Below are positions 8,007 through 17,500 of a stretch of DNA of 64,000 nucleotides, piece after piece (the stretch's first letter is position 1; every line of letters begins with the position of its first letter). The stretch is taken from the IMG/VR virus record IMGVR_UViG_3300047318_000482, positions 26,526-90,525 of that record; one strand, 5' to 3'. A program made the translations under genes and the position numbers. Source of the DNA: a virus. Below the pieces are notes generated by a model. That model saw only the letters and a program-made list of their open reading frames with translations, was not told where the DNA came from and ran no database searches.

Positions 8007-11000
8007 TCAGGCCACTTTCTCGATGCGGATGTGGGAGTCGGTGTAGAGGGTGGTCACGGTGGCGCCGGAGGTCCCTTGTGCCCACTGGAGGGCGAGCGTT
8101 CCGGCGGTGGATCCGATGCTGATGAGCCCGCGGACCTGGATGCCGAACGGGGTGGTGCTGATGCCGCCGTAGGTGCGTGTGTTGGCGATGTCGGTCGACT
8201 CGGTGCGGACGGTGTAGCCCCAGACCGATGAGACGTCTTGCTGGGTGGCGTTGGTATTGGTGCCGGAGACCACGGTGGTTCCGTTGCCGAGACCTTGCCA
8301 TTCCCCGAGGCTGCCGGTGGGGAAGGTCCACCCCATGAGGAAGTCGTTGGTGCCGGAGTACTTGATGTAGCCGTCGATCACGTAGACAGCGTTGGCGTCG
8401 ACAGCGAAAGTGATCTGGGTGTCGGTGGTGGGGGTGACGCTGCTGGCCCGGGTGGCGTCGGTAGTTCGGCGTTTGGTTTGCCGGTTGCCGACGCCGGTGA
8501 CGGCAAGGTCGCCGGTGATGGTGGCGCTGCCTGCGATGGTTGCTCCGCCGGCGGCCGTGATGTTGCCGGTCGTGTCGACCTTGAATTTGTCGACCGCGTT
8601 GAGCTGGGCGCGCAGGAGGCTGCCGGTGTGGCCCGTGTCGGCGTTGACGTACAGGGCGGTGCTCGAGGACGCGGGGGCGGATACTTCGAGGCGTGCTTTG
8701 GTGAGCTGTCCGATGCCTTGCTGGAGGTAGAGGTAGGCGTCCTGGGTGGGGTCGGCGGAGTTGCGGAACCCGATGCTTGCGTGGGCGCTGTCCAGGAAGG
8801 TGCGTCCGCCGAGGTAGACGGTGGTATCCGAGTCGCGGACCCGTTCCGCGCACCAGAAGTCGGTGCCGGACTCGTATCCGAGGATGGTCCGCCACTTCAT
8901 GTCGGTGAAGGATCCGGCGGTGAACTGGCCGGAGTTCATGCCGAGGACGGCGGCGGCGCCGCTGACGTTGATGACGGCGCTGTTGGTGCCGCCCACGTTG
9001 GTCAGTTTCAGATTCGGGAACGCGTTGCTCGGGTCCAGTTGGAGTACGGAGCCGTTGGTGCCTTTGACGGTCAGGCCCGATGCGGACAGTTCACCGATCA
9101 CGGTGCCGGAGGAGTTGTAGACAAGGATCTTGTTGGCGGAGGACTCGTTCAGGGTGATGCGCTGCCCGCTGCTCGCGGTCTGGACGAGGGCGCCGGTGAC
9201 GGTTCCGCCGGTGATGGTCTTTCCGGTGATGGCGGTTGCGGACAGTGCGGTCGCGTCGACGGCCCCGGCCGTGATCTTCGCGGCGGTGATCGCACCGTCG
9301 GCGATGTTGACGGTGTTGACCACGCCGGTCGGCAGGGTCTCCACGGTGACCTGGTCGACCTGCATGGTGCCGCCGGTGGCACTGGTCAGGAGGCGGACCG
9401 CGGGACGGACGTAGCGGACGTTGGTGTGGAGGCTGCCCGGGGCTTTGGGGTCGGGGCAGGCGGTCGTGGTGCCGGTGGCGGCGGTGCCCTGGACATATCC
9501 GGTAAACGTCGTCCACGTCGTCCCCACGCTGACGGTGACGGCGTTCGCGGCGATGAAGTGCTGCCCGGTGGTGACGGCATTCGCGCCGGTGGAGGACACC
9601 CGGGTGGTGCCGTCGGCGGCGACACCGATCAGGCCCATGGACACGTTCGCGGTGCCCGCGGAGGGCGCCACGGTGGTCCGGACGCGGGCGGTGACCCGGT
9701 ACATCGTGTCTGGGTCGTAGGGCGTGTTGACGTTGCGTTCGATGGTGACCGGGCCGGCGGCCTGGGCGACGGTTCCGCCGGCGGCGGCGTCGCTCACGCC
9801 GGTGAGCCAGGTGAGGGTGCCGGAGTCCGCGGTCTGCGTCCACAGGGTGGAGTCCCCCATGGCGTCGACCATTTTCGAGGCGATGGCCTGGGAGAGGCCG
9901 ACGGTCAGCGCGGTCGCGGTGACCGCACCTGCGTCGATCTTGCCTGCGATGACGGAGTTCGCGGCCAGTTCGGCAGAGGTCACGGCCAGGGCGACGATCT
10001 CGCGTGCCGTCACCGCGTCCGCCGCGATCTTCCCGGCCGCCACTGCGTCCGCGGCGATCGAAGCGGCCAGGACGGAGTTCGCGGCGAGGTGGGTTGCTGT
10101 GACCTGTGATGCGGCGATCTTCCCGGCCGTGACGGCGTTCGCCGCGATCTCCGTTGCCGTGACCGCACCTGCGGCGAGCTCCGCGGTGTTGACCGACCCG
10201 GCCGTGATCTCCCGTGCCGTGACCGCATCCGCGGCGATCTTCCCGGCCGTGACAGCGTCCGTCGCGATGGCGCCGGCCGTGACGGATCCGGTGATCAGGT
10301 TGGTGGAGCCGACCACCCCGGTGCGGATGGCTTCCACCGTGACGGCCTCGACCTCCATCACCGCGGAAGTGGCCTTGCCGAAGTTCAGCCAGATCATGGG
10401 GCGCAGGTAGCGGACGTCGGCGTGCGTGACCTCGGGGACGCGTGGGTCGGTCGCCGGACCGGCCGGGGCCGTCACCCCCGTCCCGGAGTGGCCCTGGATC
10501 CAGCCGACGTACGTCGTCCAGCCGCTCGCGGTGCCCAGCGTCGATCCGGCGGCGCAGCAGTAGTGCTGGGTGGTGTTGGAGGCGGCGCCGGCCCGGTTGA
10601 CGAGGGTGGTGCCGTCCTGGGCGACACCGACCGCACCGATGTAGACGGTCGCCGCTCCCGAGGGGTCTTGCGCAGTCGCGCGGACGCGGACCATGACCCG
10701 GTACAGGGTGTCCGAGTCCTGCGGGATCAAAGCCGTGGAGGCGACCTGGACGTCTCCGGTGGCGATCAGGCGGCCGCCGCCGGACGGGGTCCCGGCGGGG
10801 GTGGTGTTGACGGTGAAGGATCCGCCGGATGAGGAGGACAGTTGCTGCCAGGCGGTCGCGTCACGGAACAGGTCGGCGTAGCGCTGGCTGGCGGTGTCGG
10901 CGAGGGGCCCGGTGAGGGTGTTCAGGTCGACGGCACCGGAGGCGATCTTTCCCAGGACGACAGCGTTCGCGCCGATCTTCGCTGCGGTGACGGCGGCCGC

Positions 11001-11603
11001 CGCAATGGCGTCCGATTCGATGGCCCCTGTCGCGACTTTCGCTGCGGTGACCGCGTCGTCGGCCAGTTTCAGCGTGGTGACGGCGCCGTCGATGATGTCG
11101 TCCGCGACGACCGGCGCCGGCCCGTACGGGCCGACCGTCCCGGAGGCCGGGGAGGCGCTGCCGGAGGTGTTGCGGGCCACCAGGCGGACGTAGACGGGGG
11201 TGTCGCAGGCGTGGACGACGGTGGCGCCCTGCGCGGTCTCGATGGTGGTGACCAGCGTGGCGGGGACCGGGGTGTAGACGGGGGTGATGGAGGCGTGGAC
11301 CTCGACGCGCTGCCAGTCCATCGGGATGACCGCCCCGCCCGCGAACAGGCCGTTCCAGGAGACGGTGACGCCGCCGATGACGGACGCGACGATCGGATCC
11401 GACGGCGCCGGCGGGGGCGGTCCGTTGACCGCTTGGACGCCGACGGTGCCGTCGCCCTGAACGCCGAGAACGGCGCGGACCGTGCCGGCGCTGTCGTTGA
11501 CGGTGAGCGCGGTGCCTTCCAGTGAGGAGTGGTTGAGGCGTGGGGCGCGCTCCACCACCTCCAGGCGCTTTTGGAGGTGGTGGAGTTCGCGGCCGATGTC
11601 CAT
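8007..11603 (-). CDS. Tail tip / fibre (host specificity) protein, ~1198 aa
   Basis: ATG overlaps upstream stop; FN3-like region, 10-aa AVTAGKIAAD repeats, two duplicated CBM-like domains. Confidence 0.8.
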   Translation of the reverse strand: MDIGRELHHLQKRLEVVERAPRLNHSSLEGTALTVNDSAGTVRAVLGVQGDGTVGVQAVNGPPPPAPSDPIVASVIGGVTVSWNGLFAGGAVIPMDWQRVEVHASITPVYTPVPATLVTTIETAQGATVVHACDTPVYVRLVARNTSGSASPASGTVGPYGPAPVVADDIIDGAVTTLKLADDAVTAAKVATGAIESDAIAAAAVTAAKIGANAVVLGKIASGAVDLNTLTGPLADTASQRYADLFRDATAWQQLSSSSGGSFTVNTTPAGTPSGGGRLIATGDVQVASTALIPQDSDTLYRVMVRVRATAQDPSGAATVYIGAVGVAQDGTTLVNRAGAASNTTQHYCCAAGSTLGTASGWTTYVGWIQGHSGTGVTAPAGPATDPRVPEVTHADVRYLRPMIWLNFGKATSAVMEVEAVTVEAIRTGVVGSTNLITGSVTAGAIATDAVTAGKIAADAVTAREITAGSVNTAELAAGAVTATEIAANAVTAGKIAASQVTATHLAANSVLAASIAADAVAAGKIAADAVTAREIVALAVTSAELAANSVIAGKIDAGAVTATALTVGLSQAIASKMVDAMGDSTLWTQTADSGTLTWLTGVSDAAAGGTVAQAAGPVTIERNVNTPYDPDTMYRVTARVRTTVAPSAGTANVSMGLIGVAADGTTRVSSTGANAVTTGQHFIAANAVTVSVGTTWTTFTGYVQGTAATGTTTACPDPKAPGSLHTNVRYVRPAVRLLTSATGGTMQVDQVTVETLPTGVVNTVNIADGAITAAKITAGAVDATALSATAITGKTITGGTVTGALVQTASSGQRITLNESSANKILVYNSSGTVIGELSASGLTVKGTNGSVLQLDPSNAFPNLKLTNVGGTNSAVINVSGAAAVLGMNSGQFTAGSFTDMKWRTILGYESGTDFWCAERVRDSDTTVYLGGRTFLDSAHASIGFRNSADPTQDAYLYLQQGIGQLTKARLEVSAPASSSTALYVNADTGHTGSLLRAQLNAVDKFKVDTTGNITAAGGATIAGSATITGDLAVTGVGNRQTKRRTTDATRASSVTPTTDTQITFAVDANAVYVIDGYIKYSGTNDFLMGWTFPTGSLGEWQGLGNGTTVVSGTNTNATQQDVSSVWGYTVRTESTDIANTRTYGGISTTPFGIQVRGLISIGSTAGTLALQWAQGTSGATVTTLYTDSHIRIEKVA

Positions 11604-12706
11604 CACACGCCCCCGTACTGGTAGCTGTCGGCGGGCTTGAGGCCGATGACGGTCTGGGGGCCGCCCTGGGCCTGCGGTTTGCGGGTCCAGCCGGTGATCC
11701 GGCACCAGCCCGCGTATGCGGTCCACGGGTTGTTCACGCGGACGAAGACGTCGTCGCCGGCTTGGTAGGAGCCGAACGGGGCGGCCGCCGTGTCGCGGAC
11801 GATGACCTGGTCGACGCTGCCGCGCACAGTGGTCTGCCGCCAGGTCCGTTCCTCGCTGGCACGGGTCTTGAGGATGTCGTTGCCGTTGACGTCCGGGAGG
11901 TCCAGGACGTGCTCGTGGCGCAGCCGCCCGTTGCGGACGGCGGAGAACTGACGAAGGCGGGAGCGGCCCTCTCCGGCACCGGCCGCACCGACGACCTGGG
12001 CATATTCGTCGCCGGACAGGCCGTCCTCGGGCTCGTCGACGATGTTCACGCCGGAGGAGAAACTGATGTCCGTACGGCGTGCGCCAAGGCGCGGCCAGCC
12101 GAGCCGGATGCGTTTGACGACGTCGGTCTTTGCGGTGTTCCAGGAGGTGGCGCACGTGTAGTCGGGGGTGGCGTCGCCCGAGACGAGGTCGTCGACCTGG
12201 TCGCCGAGGCGGGGCATCTCCCACCAATTGGAGTGGTAGACGTCCTCGGGGGTGCCGATCGTGGCCGTGGAGGTGGTGGAGTCGACGACGACGCCGAGGT
12301 CGCCGTCGTCGATGGACTGCGCGTAGGTCCAGATGTTCCGCAGGACCTGGCAGCGGTCCGCGTACGTGTAGGGGCCGCGGCCCCCGTGCTCCCCGTCGAA
12401 GTCGTAGCGTTTTTGCAGGTAGGACGACCACGACGCGGCTTCGATGGCGTAGTCGTTGCCCTGGGCGCGGACGTCCCAGATCAGGCCGCCCCATTGGAGC
12501 TGTCCGCCGGATTCGACGTAGATGAGGGTGTTGCCGGGGTCGACGACCGCCGGGTCGGAGGCAACCAGGCGGGGCGACAGGCGCCCGCTGAACGATCCGG
12601 GTCCGTTGAGTTCGTCGCCGTACTCGAGATCGACGACGGGCAGCGCGGTGGCCAGCCACGTCCCGGTGAGCGCGTTCTGGGTAAGGATCCGGTCTGGAAC
12701 GGTCAT
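11603..12706 (-). CDS. Minor tail (baseplate hub / Tal-like) protein
   Basis: LNGPG...WGG.IW motif; siphovirus synteny. Confidence 0.75.
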   Translation of the reverse strand: MTVPDRILTQNALTGTWLATALPVVDLEYGDELNGPGSFSGRLSPRLVASDPAVVDPGNTLIYVESGGQLQWGGLIWDVRAQGNDYAIEAASWSSYLQKRYDFDGEHGGRGPYTYADRCQVLRNIWTYAQSIDDGDLGVVVDSTTSTATIGTPEDVYHSNWWEMPRLGDQVDDLVSGDATPDYTCATSWNTAKTDVVKRIRLGWPRLGARRTDISFSSGVNIVDEPEDGLSGDEYAQVVGAAGAGEGRSRLRQFSAVRNGRLRHEHVLDLPDVNGNDILKTRASEERTWRQTTVRGSVDQVIVRDTAAAPFGSYQAGDDVFVRVNNPWTAYAGWCRITGWTRKPQAQGGPQTVIGLKPADSYQYGGV

Positions 12707-13638
12707 CGTGGCGCCTCAACGAACTCGATGTCCGCGATCAGGGTGGTGGATCCGTCGACGCCCACCTTGCCCGCGTTGCCGGCGAATCCGGCTGCCTGGA
12801 AGCGCAGGGTCTGGGTGGAGCCGCGGTAGCCGATCGGCAGGGTGATGGTGTCACCGAGGACAACGGTGCCGCGCCGGGTGCCGGAGGCGTTGTCGTCGAG
12901 GTTGACGGCCTGAATGGTGGCCAGCAGTCCGAAGGTGGCGCGCAGGCCGCCGAAGAAGGCGGCGGTGTTGTAGCGGATCTGTCCGACGGCCAGAGAGAGG
13001 ACGGCGGTGGTCGCCCAGTCGGGGATGTCGATGGGCCAGCCTGCGGCGGTGGAGAAGGTCGTCCAGGTGCTGCTGGTGCCGCTGATGTCGGTGGACAGGG
13101 AGGACGGGGACTGGATTTTCAGGGCGCGTTCGCGGCGCGGGTTGGCCACCTTCCGCAGGTCCGTGATCATCCCGCTGGTGATCGTGGACGTGCTCGAGGG
13201 GATGTCGATCCGGGCCAGCGGGATGCCGGTGCGTCCGTCCGGGATCGTCGTCGCGGATGAGGACACGCCGGAGATGACCTGGAAGTAGGCCACGTTCCCG
13301 GTGACCGGGTTCACGCTGCCCTCGTACTCGGGGTCCTCGATCCGCAGGATGACCATGTCGGACCGGGCGCTGCCGCCGGTGGCGCTGATGGGCACGTCGG
13401 TGGTGCCGATGTTGCAGGCCGAGTAGTGGCCCTGGAAGGTGTTGACGCGGCCGCGGATCACGCCGGAGCCGTCCCCGACGGTGACGCCGGCACCCGGGGT
13501 GGTCCGCTGAAGGACTTTCAGGTCGTCGCCCTGGGTGATGCCTTCGGCGCCGGAGGCCAGGTCGCGTACGAGCATGCGGAACTGCTGGGCGGGGTGGGTG
13601 GCCCCGTTGGTGAGGATGGGCCGGGCGAACAGGGTCAT
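12703..13638 (-). CDS. Minor tail protein
   Basis: R.D.V...IPLARI...ITDLR motif of actinophage minor tail proteins. Confidence 0.7.
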   Translation of the reverse strand: MTLFARPILTNGATHPAQQFRMLVRDLASGAEGITQGDDLKVLQRTTPGAGVTVGDGSGVIRGRVNTFQGHYSACNIGTTDVPISATGGSARSDMVILRIEDPEYEGSVNPVTGNVAYFQVISGVSSSATTIPDGRTGIPLARIDIPSSTSTITSGMITDLRKVANPRRERALKIQSPSSLSTDISGTSSTWTTFSTAAGWPIDIPDWATTAVLSLAVGQIRYNTAAFFGGLRATFGLLATIQAVNLDDNASGTRRGTVVLGDTITLPIGYRGSTQTLRFQAAGFAGNAGKVGVDGSTTLIADIEFVEAPR

Positions 13639-13649
13639 GTCGGCTCTCC

Positions 13650-14552
13650 TCAGAGGGCGATGTAGGCGGCGCGCCAGGTCACGCGCATGTGAGAGGTGTT
13701 CGTGTTGTCGAACGCGGTGAACCGGAGCTCGGACTGGCCGGGGGGCAGGGAGAACAAGTCGATGCGGGAGGCCGGGGAAAGGGTGGAGGAGGCGTTGCCG
13801 CCGTTCTCCCGGGTGACGGTGCGGTAACCGGGCCGGGTGTCGATCTCCACCCACTGGCCGGCCGCGAGAGAGAGGGTGGGCATGGCCAGGGAGCGCCCGG
13901 ACTCGGCGTGGATGACGGTGACGGTCGCGCACGGCCCGTAGATCCGCAGGATGGGCCAGGCGTCGGCGTCGCCGTCGTTGACGGCCCAGCCGGGCCGGTC
14001 CGCGGCCACCGTGCCGTCCTGCACGTAGATCGGGGCGACCACGGGAGCGGCGAATCCTCCGCCGGTGAGCCAGCCGATCGGCACGTCGGTGACGCTGTCG
14101 CTGTCCGCGTAAAAGACCGGGTCGTGAGCCAGGAACTCCATGTCCAGGGGCACGTAGCCGTGGACGACCTGCTTGTACTCGGGGTCGAGCTTGCGGGCGC
14201 GGACCGTGAGCTGCTTGACCGCCCGGCCGGGCCGCTTCATCCGCAGCGTCAGGCCCTGCCCGCCGACCAGACGGACCGCGGCCGGGTCGGTAGCAGCCTG
14301 GAGCGCTGCGACCAGGTCGTGGCAGGCTTCCGGATTGCCCGGGACACGGATCGCGGCATCGAACTGGATCTGCCTCGCTGCCCAGTAGTCGGGGCCGGCG
14401 AACGAGCCGTCCATGGACGGCTGGTCGATGTCGTTGTCCCGAACCGGGGGTCGGCCCAGGCCGGTGGTCTCGATGACCTGCACGTTGGTGCCGGCGCCGA
14501 TGACGACGCCTCCGATGTCGTACTGCCAGTCAGACAGCTCAGCCAGCGGCAC
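13650..14552 (-). CDS. Distal tail protein (Dit)
   Basis: Follows the TMP; GLG.P...DG...A.DP.FY...N.GD..AWP...L.PG motifs. Confidence 0.8.
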   Translation of the reverse strand: MPLAELSDWQYDIGGVVIGAGTNVQVIETTGLGRPPVRDNDIDQPSMDGSFAGPDYWAARQIQFDAAIRVPGNPEACHDLVAALQAATDPAAVRLVGGQGLTLRMKRPGRAVKQLTVRARKLDPEYKQVVHGYVPLDMEFLAHDPVFYADSDSVTDVPIGWLTGGGFAAPVVAPIYVQDGTVAADRPGWAVNDGDADAWPILRIYGPCATVTVIHAESGRSLAMPTLSLAAGQWVEIDTRPGYRTVTRENGGNASSTLSPASRIDLFSLPPGQSELRFTAFDNTNTSHMRVTWRAAYIAL

Positions 14553-17500
14553 GGGCGGCCACCCCTCCCCTGCGGGCGCGGCGGACGCTGCGTCCGACCT
14601 GCGCTCCGATGTCCGATGCGGTGGCGCCGGTGCGGACCGCGGTCACGTTGACGTGGGTGTCGCCGCCCTGGCGGATGATGACGACGGCCCGGGACGCGGC
14701 GACGTCGGTGATGCCCAGGCCGAAGCGGTGCGCGATGTCGGCGAGCACAGGCAGGGCGGTGCGCCGCTTGGACGGGCTGAGGGGTACGTAGCCCTCCCCG
14801 TGCGTCTCCGGCTCCGCAAAACGCACGACGCCGCCCTGGGTGGCGTAGATCCCGGCCCGAATGCCGCCGTCGGCGTAGGAGAGGTGCTTGTTCGCGCGGC
14901 CCAGGTCGGCCAGGAACTGGGTGGCCCGGGTTCCGAGGCTCTTGCCGATCTGCCCCTTGGCTTTGTTGGCCACGGCAATGATCTCGTCCTCGCCGAGCGC
15001 GGTGGTGGCGGCGACGTCGTGGATGCCGGTCTTACTCGTCTTGATCGCGGCGATGATGGAGACGAGTTCGGACACCTCGTCGGCGGTGAGCGCGTTGTTC
15101 GCGGTCTTCGCCGCAGCGTTCGCCTTGGACGCCTTCGATTTGTCCTTGACCGCGGCGGCCGCGAGGTCCTGGGCGGCCTGGTCGTTCTCCGCGGCAAGCT
15201 GGGAGGCCAGATCCCCGAAACCTTCGGCGGCCAGCTTGGCCAGGTTGTCGGAGAACGTCTTGTTCAGGGTGTTGGCCTTGCCGAGCTGGCGGGTGTAGTC
15301 CTCGAGCGTGGCCTTGGCGGTCTTCTGGAGGTCGCGGAGGGCCTTGGACATGTCGTTGATGTACTTGGTGGAGCCGGTGGCCATCTTGTGGGCCAGCTTC
15401 ATGCCGTCCTCGCCCATCGCGGCGAGTGCGTCGGCGACGTCCCCGCCGGCGCGCCGGGCGACGGCCTCCAGGTCCTTGTTCCAGGCGGTGGTGGCCTTCG
15501 CGGCGGACCTCAGCTTCTTCTCGACCGCGGTGATGTCGAAATACTCGACTTCCTTGGTCGTCCACTTGCCCTTGCCCTTGGTCTTGACCTTCTTCGTCTT
15601 GTGACCGGACTGCCCTGCGTCGGAGGCGGAGTACAGGGAGCCGGTGGTGGGGTCGTAGCGCCAGTCGGTGACGGAGCCGTCGGCGTTCCACTCGATGCTG
15701 TTCGCGTCACCGCCGAGGCGGCGCACGATCTCCTCGGTGATGGCGCGGGAGCGAGGCCGCTTGGAGGGGGCGAAGGGGACGTAGCCCTCGCCCTGCGTCT
15801 CCGGCTCCCCCCACACGCGCCACGATCCGCCGGGGGCGATCTGCGCGACGTGGTTCTCGGACCCGCCCGCGAATCGGCGTACGCCACCGCGCTGAATGCC
15901 GCCGCGCGCGTAGTAGTCGACGACGCCGCCGTCCGCGTAGTCCCGCTTGGCGACCGCGATGCCGCCGCTGCCGGGGGCGCCGACGGTGGAGAACTTGGTG
16001 ACCTTGTTGGTCGTGATCGTGATGGCTCGGTCCCGCAGCGAGGCGATGGCGCGGGCCAGGGCGGCCACGTTGGCCTGCTGGCTGCCGGTGGGGACGGATA
16101 CAACGACCTTCTTGCCCTTGGTGCTCTTGATCTTGAATCCGAGGGCTTCCAACTGGGCGCGGGCCTGCGCGGTCGGGGCGTTGACGGTGATGGTCTTGCC
16201 CTTGGTGGACGCGACCTTCTTCTTCACACCCTCAAGTTCGACGATGGCCGCGGCCGTCCTGGCATCGACCGTGATGTCCTTGTCGTCCGGCGTCTCGGCC
16301 ATCTTCCCGATCAGCAGGTTGAGCTGTTCCCGGGCTGCCGCAGTCGGAGCGGTGATCTTGTATTCGCGGGTGCCGGGAATCAGCTCGATCTTGTAGCCGA
16401 GATCTTCCAGTTCCCGCTTCGCGTCCTCGCCCAGCGCGTCGACCTTGATGGTCTTCGCATTCGGCACCGCCTTGAACTCCGCCTGCACCGCCATCAGCTC
16501 GGCGAGGGTGGAGTCGACGCCGTGAGCGGACAGCAGGATGGACACCTGGCCGGGGATCAGGCCCATCGAGTCGGCGACCGTGGCCGCCTGCTCCGCGGTC
16601 AGCCCGTAGCTGCCCATCAGGTCGATCGCGGCCTTGCGGGACTTCTCCATCTCGCCGCTGGCTGCGGCCATCGACTCCTTGAGGCCCTTGCCCTGCGAGT
16701 CGGCGAATTCGTAGGCGGCCACCGCGGCGTTCGCGGAGCCGTCGGCGACGGTGTTGAGGGTGTTGAAGAGGTTCTGGCCGTTCTTGCTGGCGGTGTCGAG
16801 CTGGCCGTTCTGCTTCAGCAGCGCCTTGCCGTAGCCGTCGGCGTGGTCGACGCCGTTGGCCAGTGACTCGTTGGCGTTGGTGAGCGCTTCGTTCACCCGG
16901 GCCTGTGCGGCCTGGAGAGAGACGCTGCCGCCGGACAGCAAATCAAGGGCCTCGCGCAGGGCCCGGGTGCGGGAGTCAGCGTCCGCGGTCTTGTCGGCGA
17001 GCGCGCCGACAGCACCCTTGAGCCGGTCGTAGGCGCTGACCCCGTCGCTGGCGCCCTTGACGCCCTCGTTGTAGTCGCGGGCGTCGGCGGCCGCCTTCTT
17101 GAAGTCGCCGGACAGACCGGACAGCCCCTTGCGCAGGTCGTCGGCGGCCTGGCCCTGTTTGTTCAGGGCGTCGCCCCCGACACCGGACTCGGGGTCAAGG
17201 ACCCAGTCATGGTTGGCTGCGGCGACGTCCTCGAGGTGCTTTTGCAGCTTGCCGAGGCTGGTGCCCTGGTTGGTGTAGGCGTCGACGAGTTCCGACATCG
17301 GGACCTTCGCGGTCCGCGCGAGGTCGACGAGACGCTTCTGCCCGTCCAGCGTCGTCTTGATCTTCTGCTGCATCAGGTTCTCGGTGGCGATGGAGCGCAC
17401 CGAATCGTCCACGGCGCCGTTGGAGTCGCGCAGTGCCTGGGAGAGGCTGCTGATCTGCTGCTGGTGCTCGGCGGCGGCTTGGGCGGCCTGCTGTTGCTTG

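Noticed and set aside
8007-12719. N-terminal extensions of track ORFs such as 8007..12719, 27179..29476 and 31920..35051
   Set aside because: Arg/Pro-rich off-frame read-through overlapping real genes; starts were trimmed to internal codons
14760-15940. Duplicated YADGG...EPET.GEGYVP motif in the TMP C-terminus
   Set aside because: A common C-terminal motif of actinophage tape measure proteins; not clearly novel
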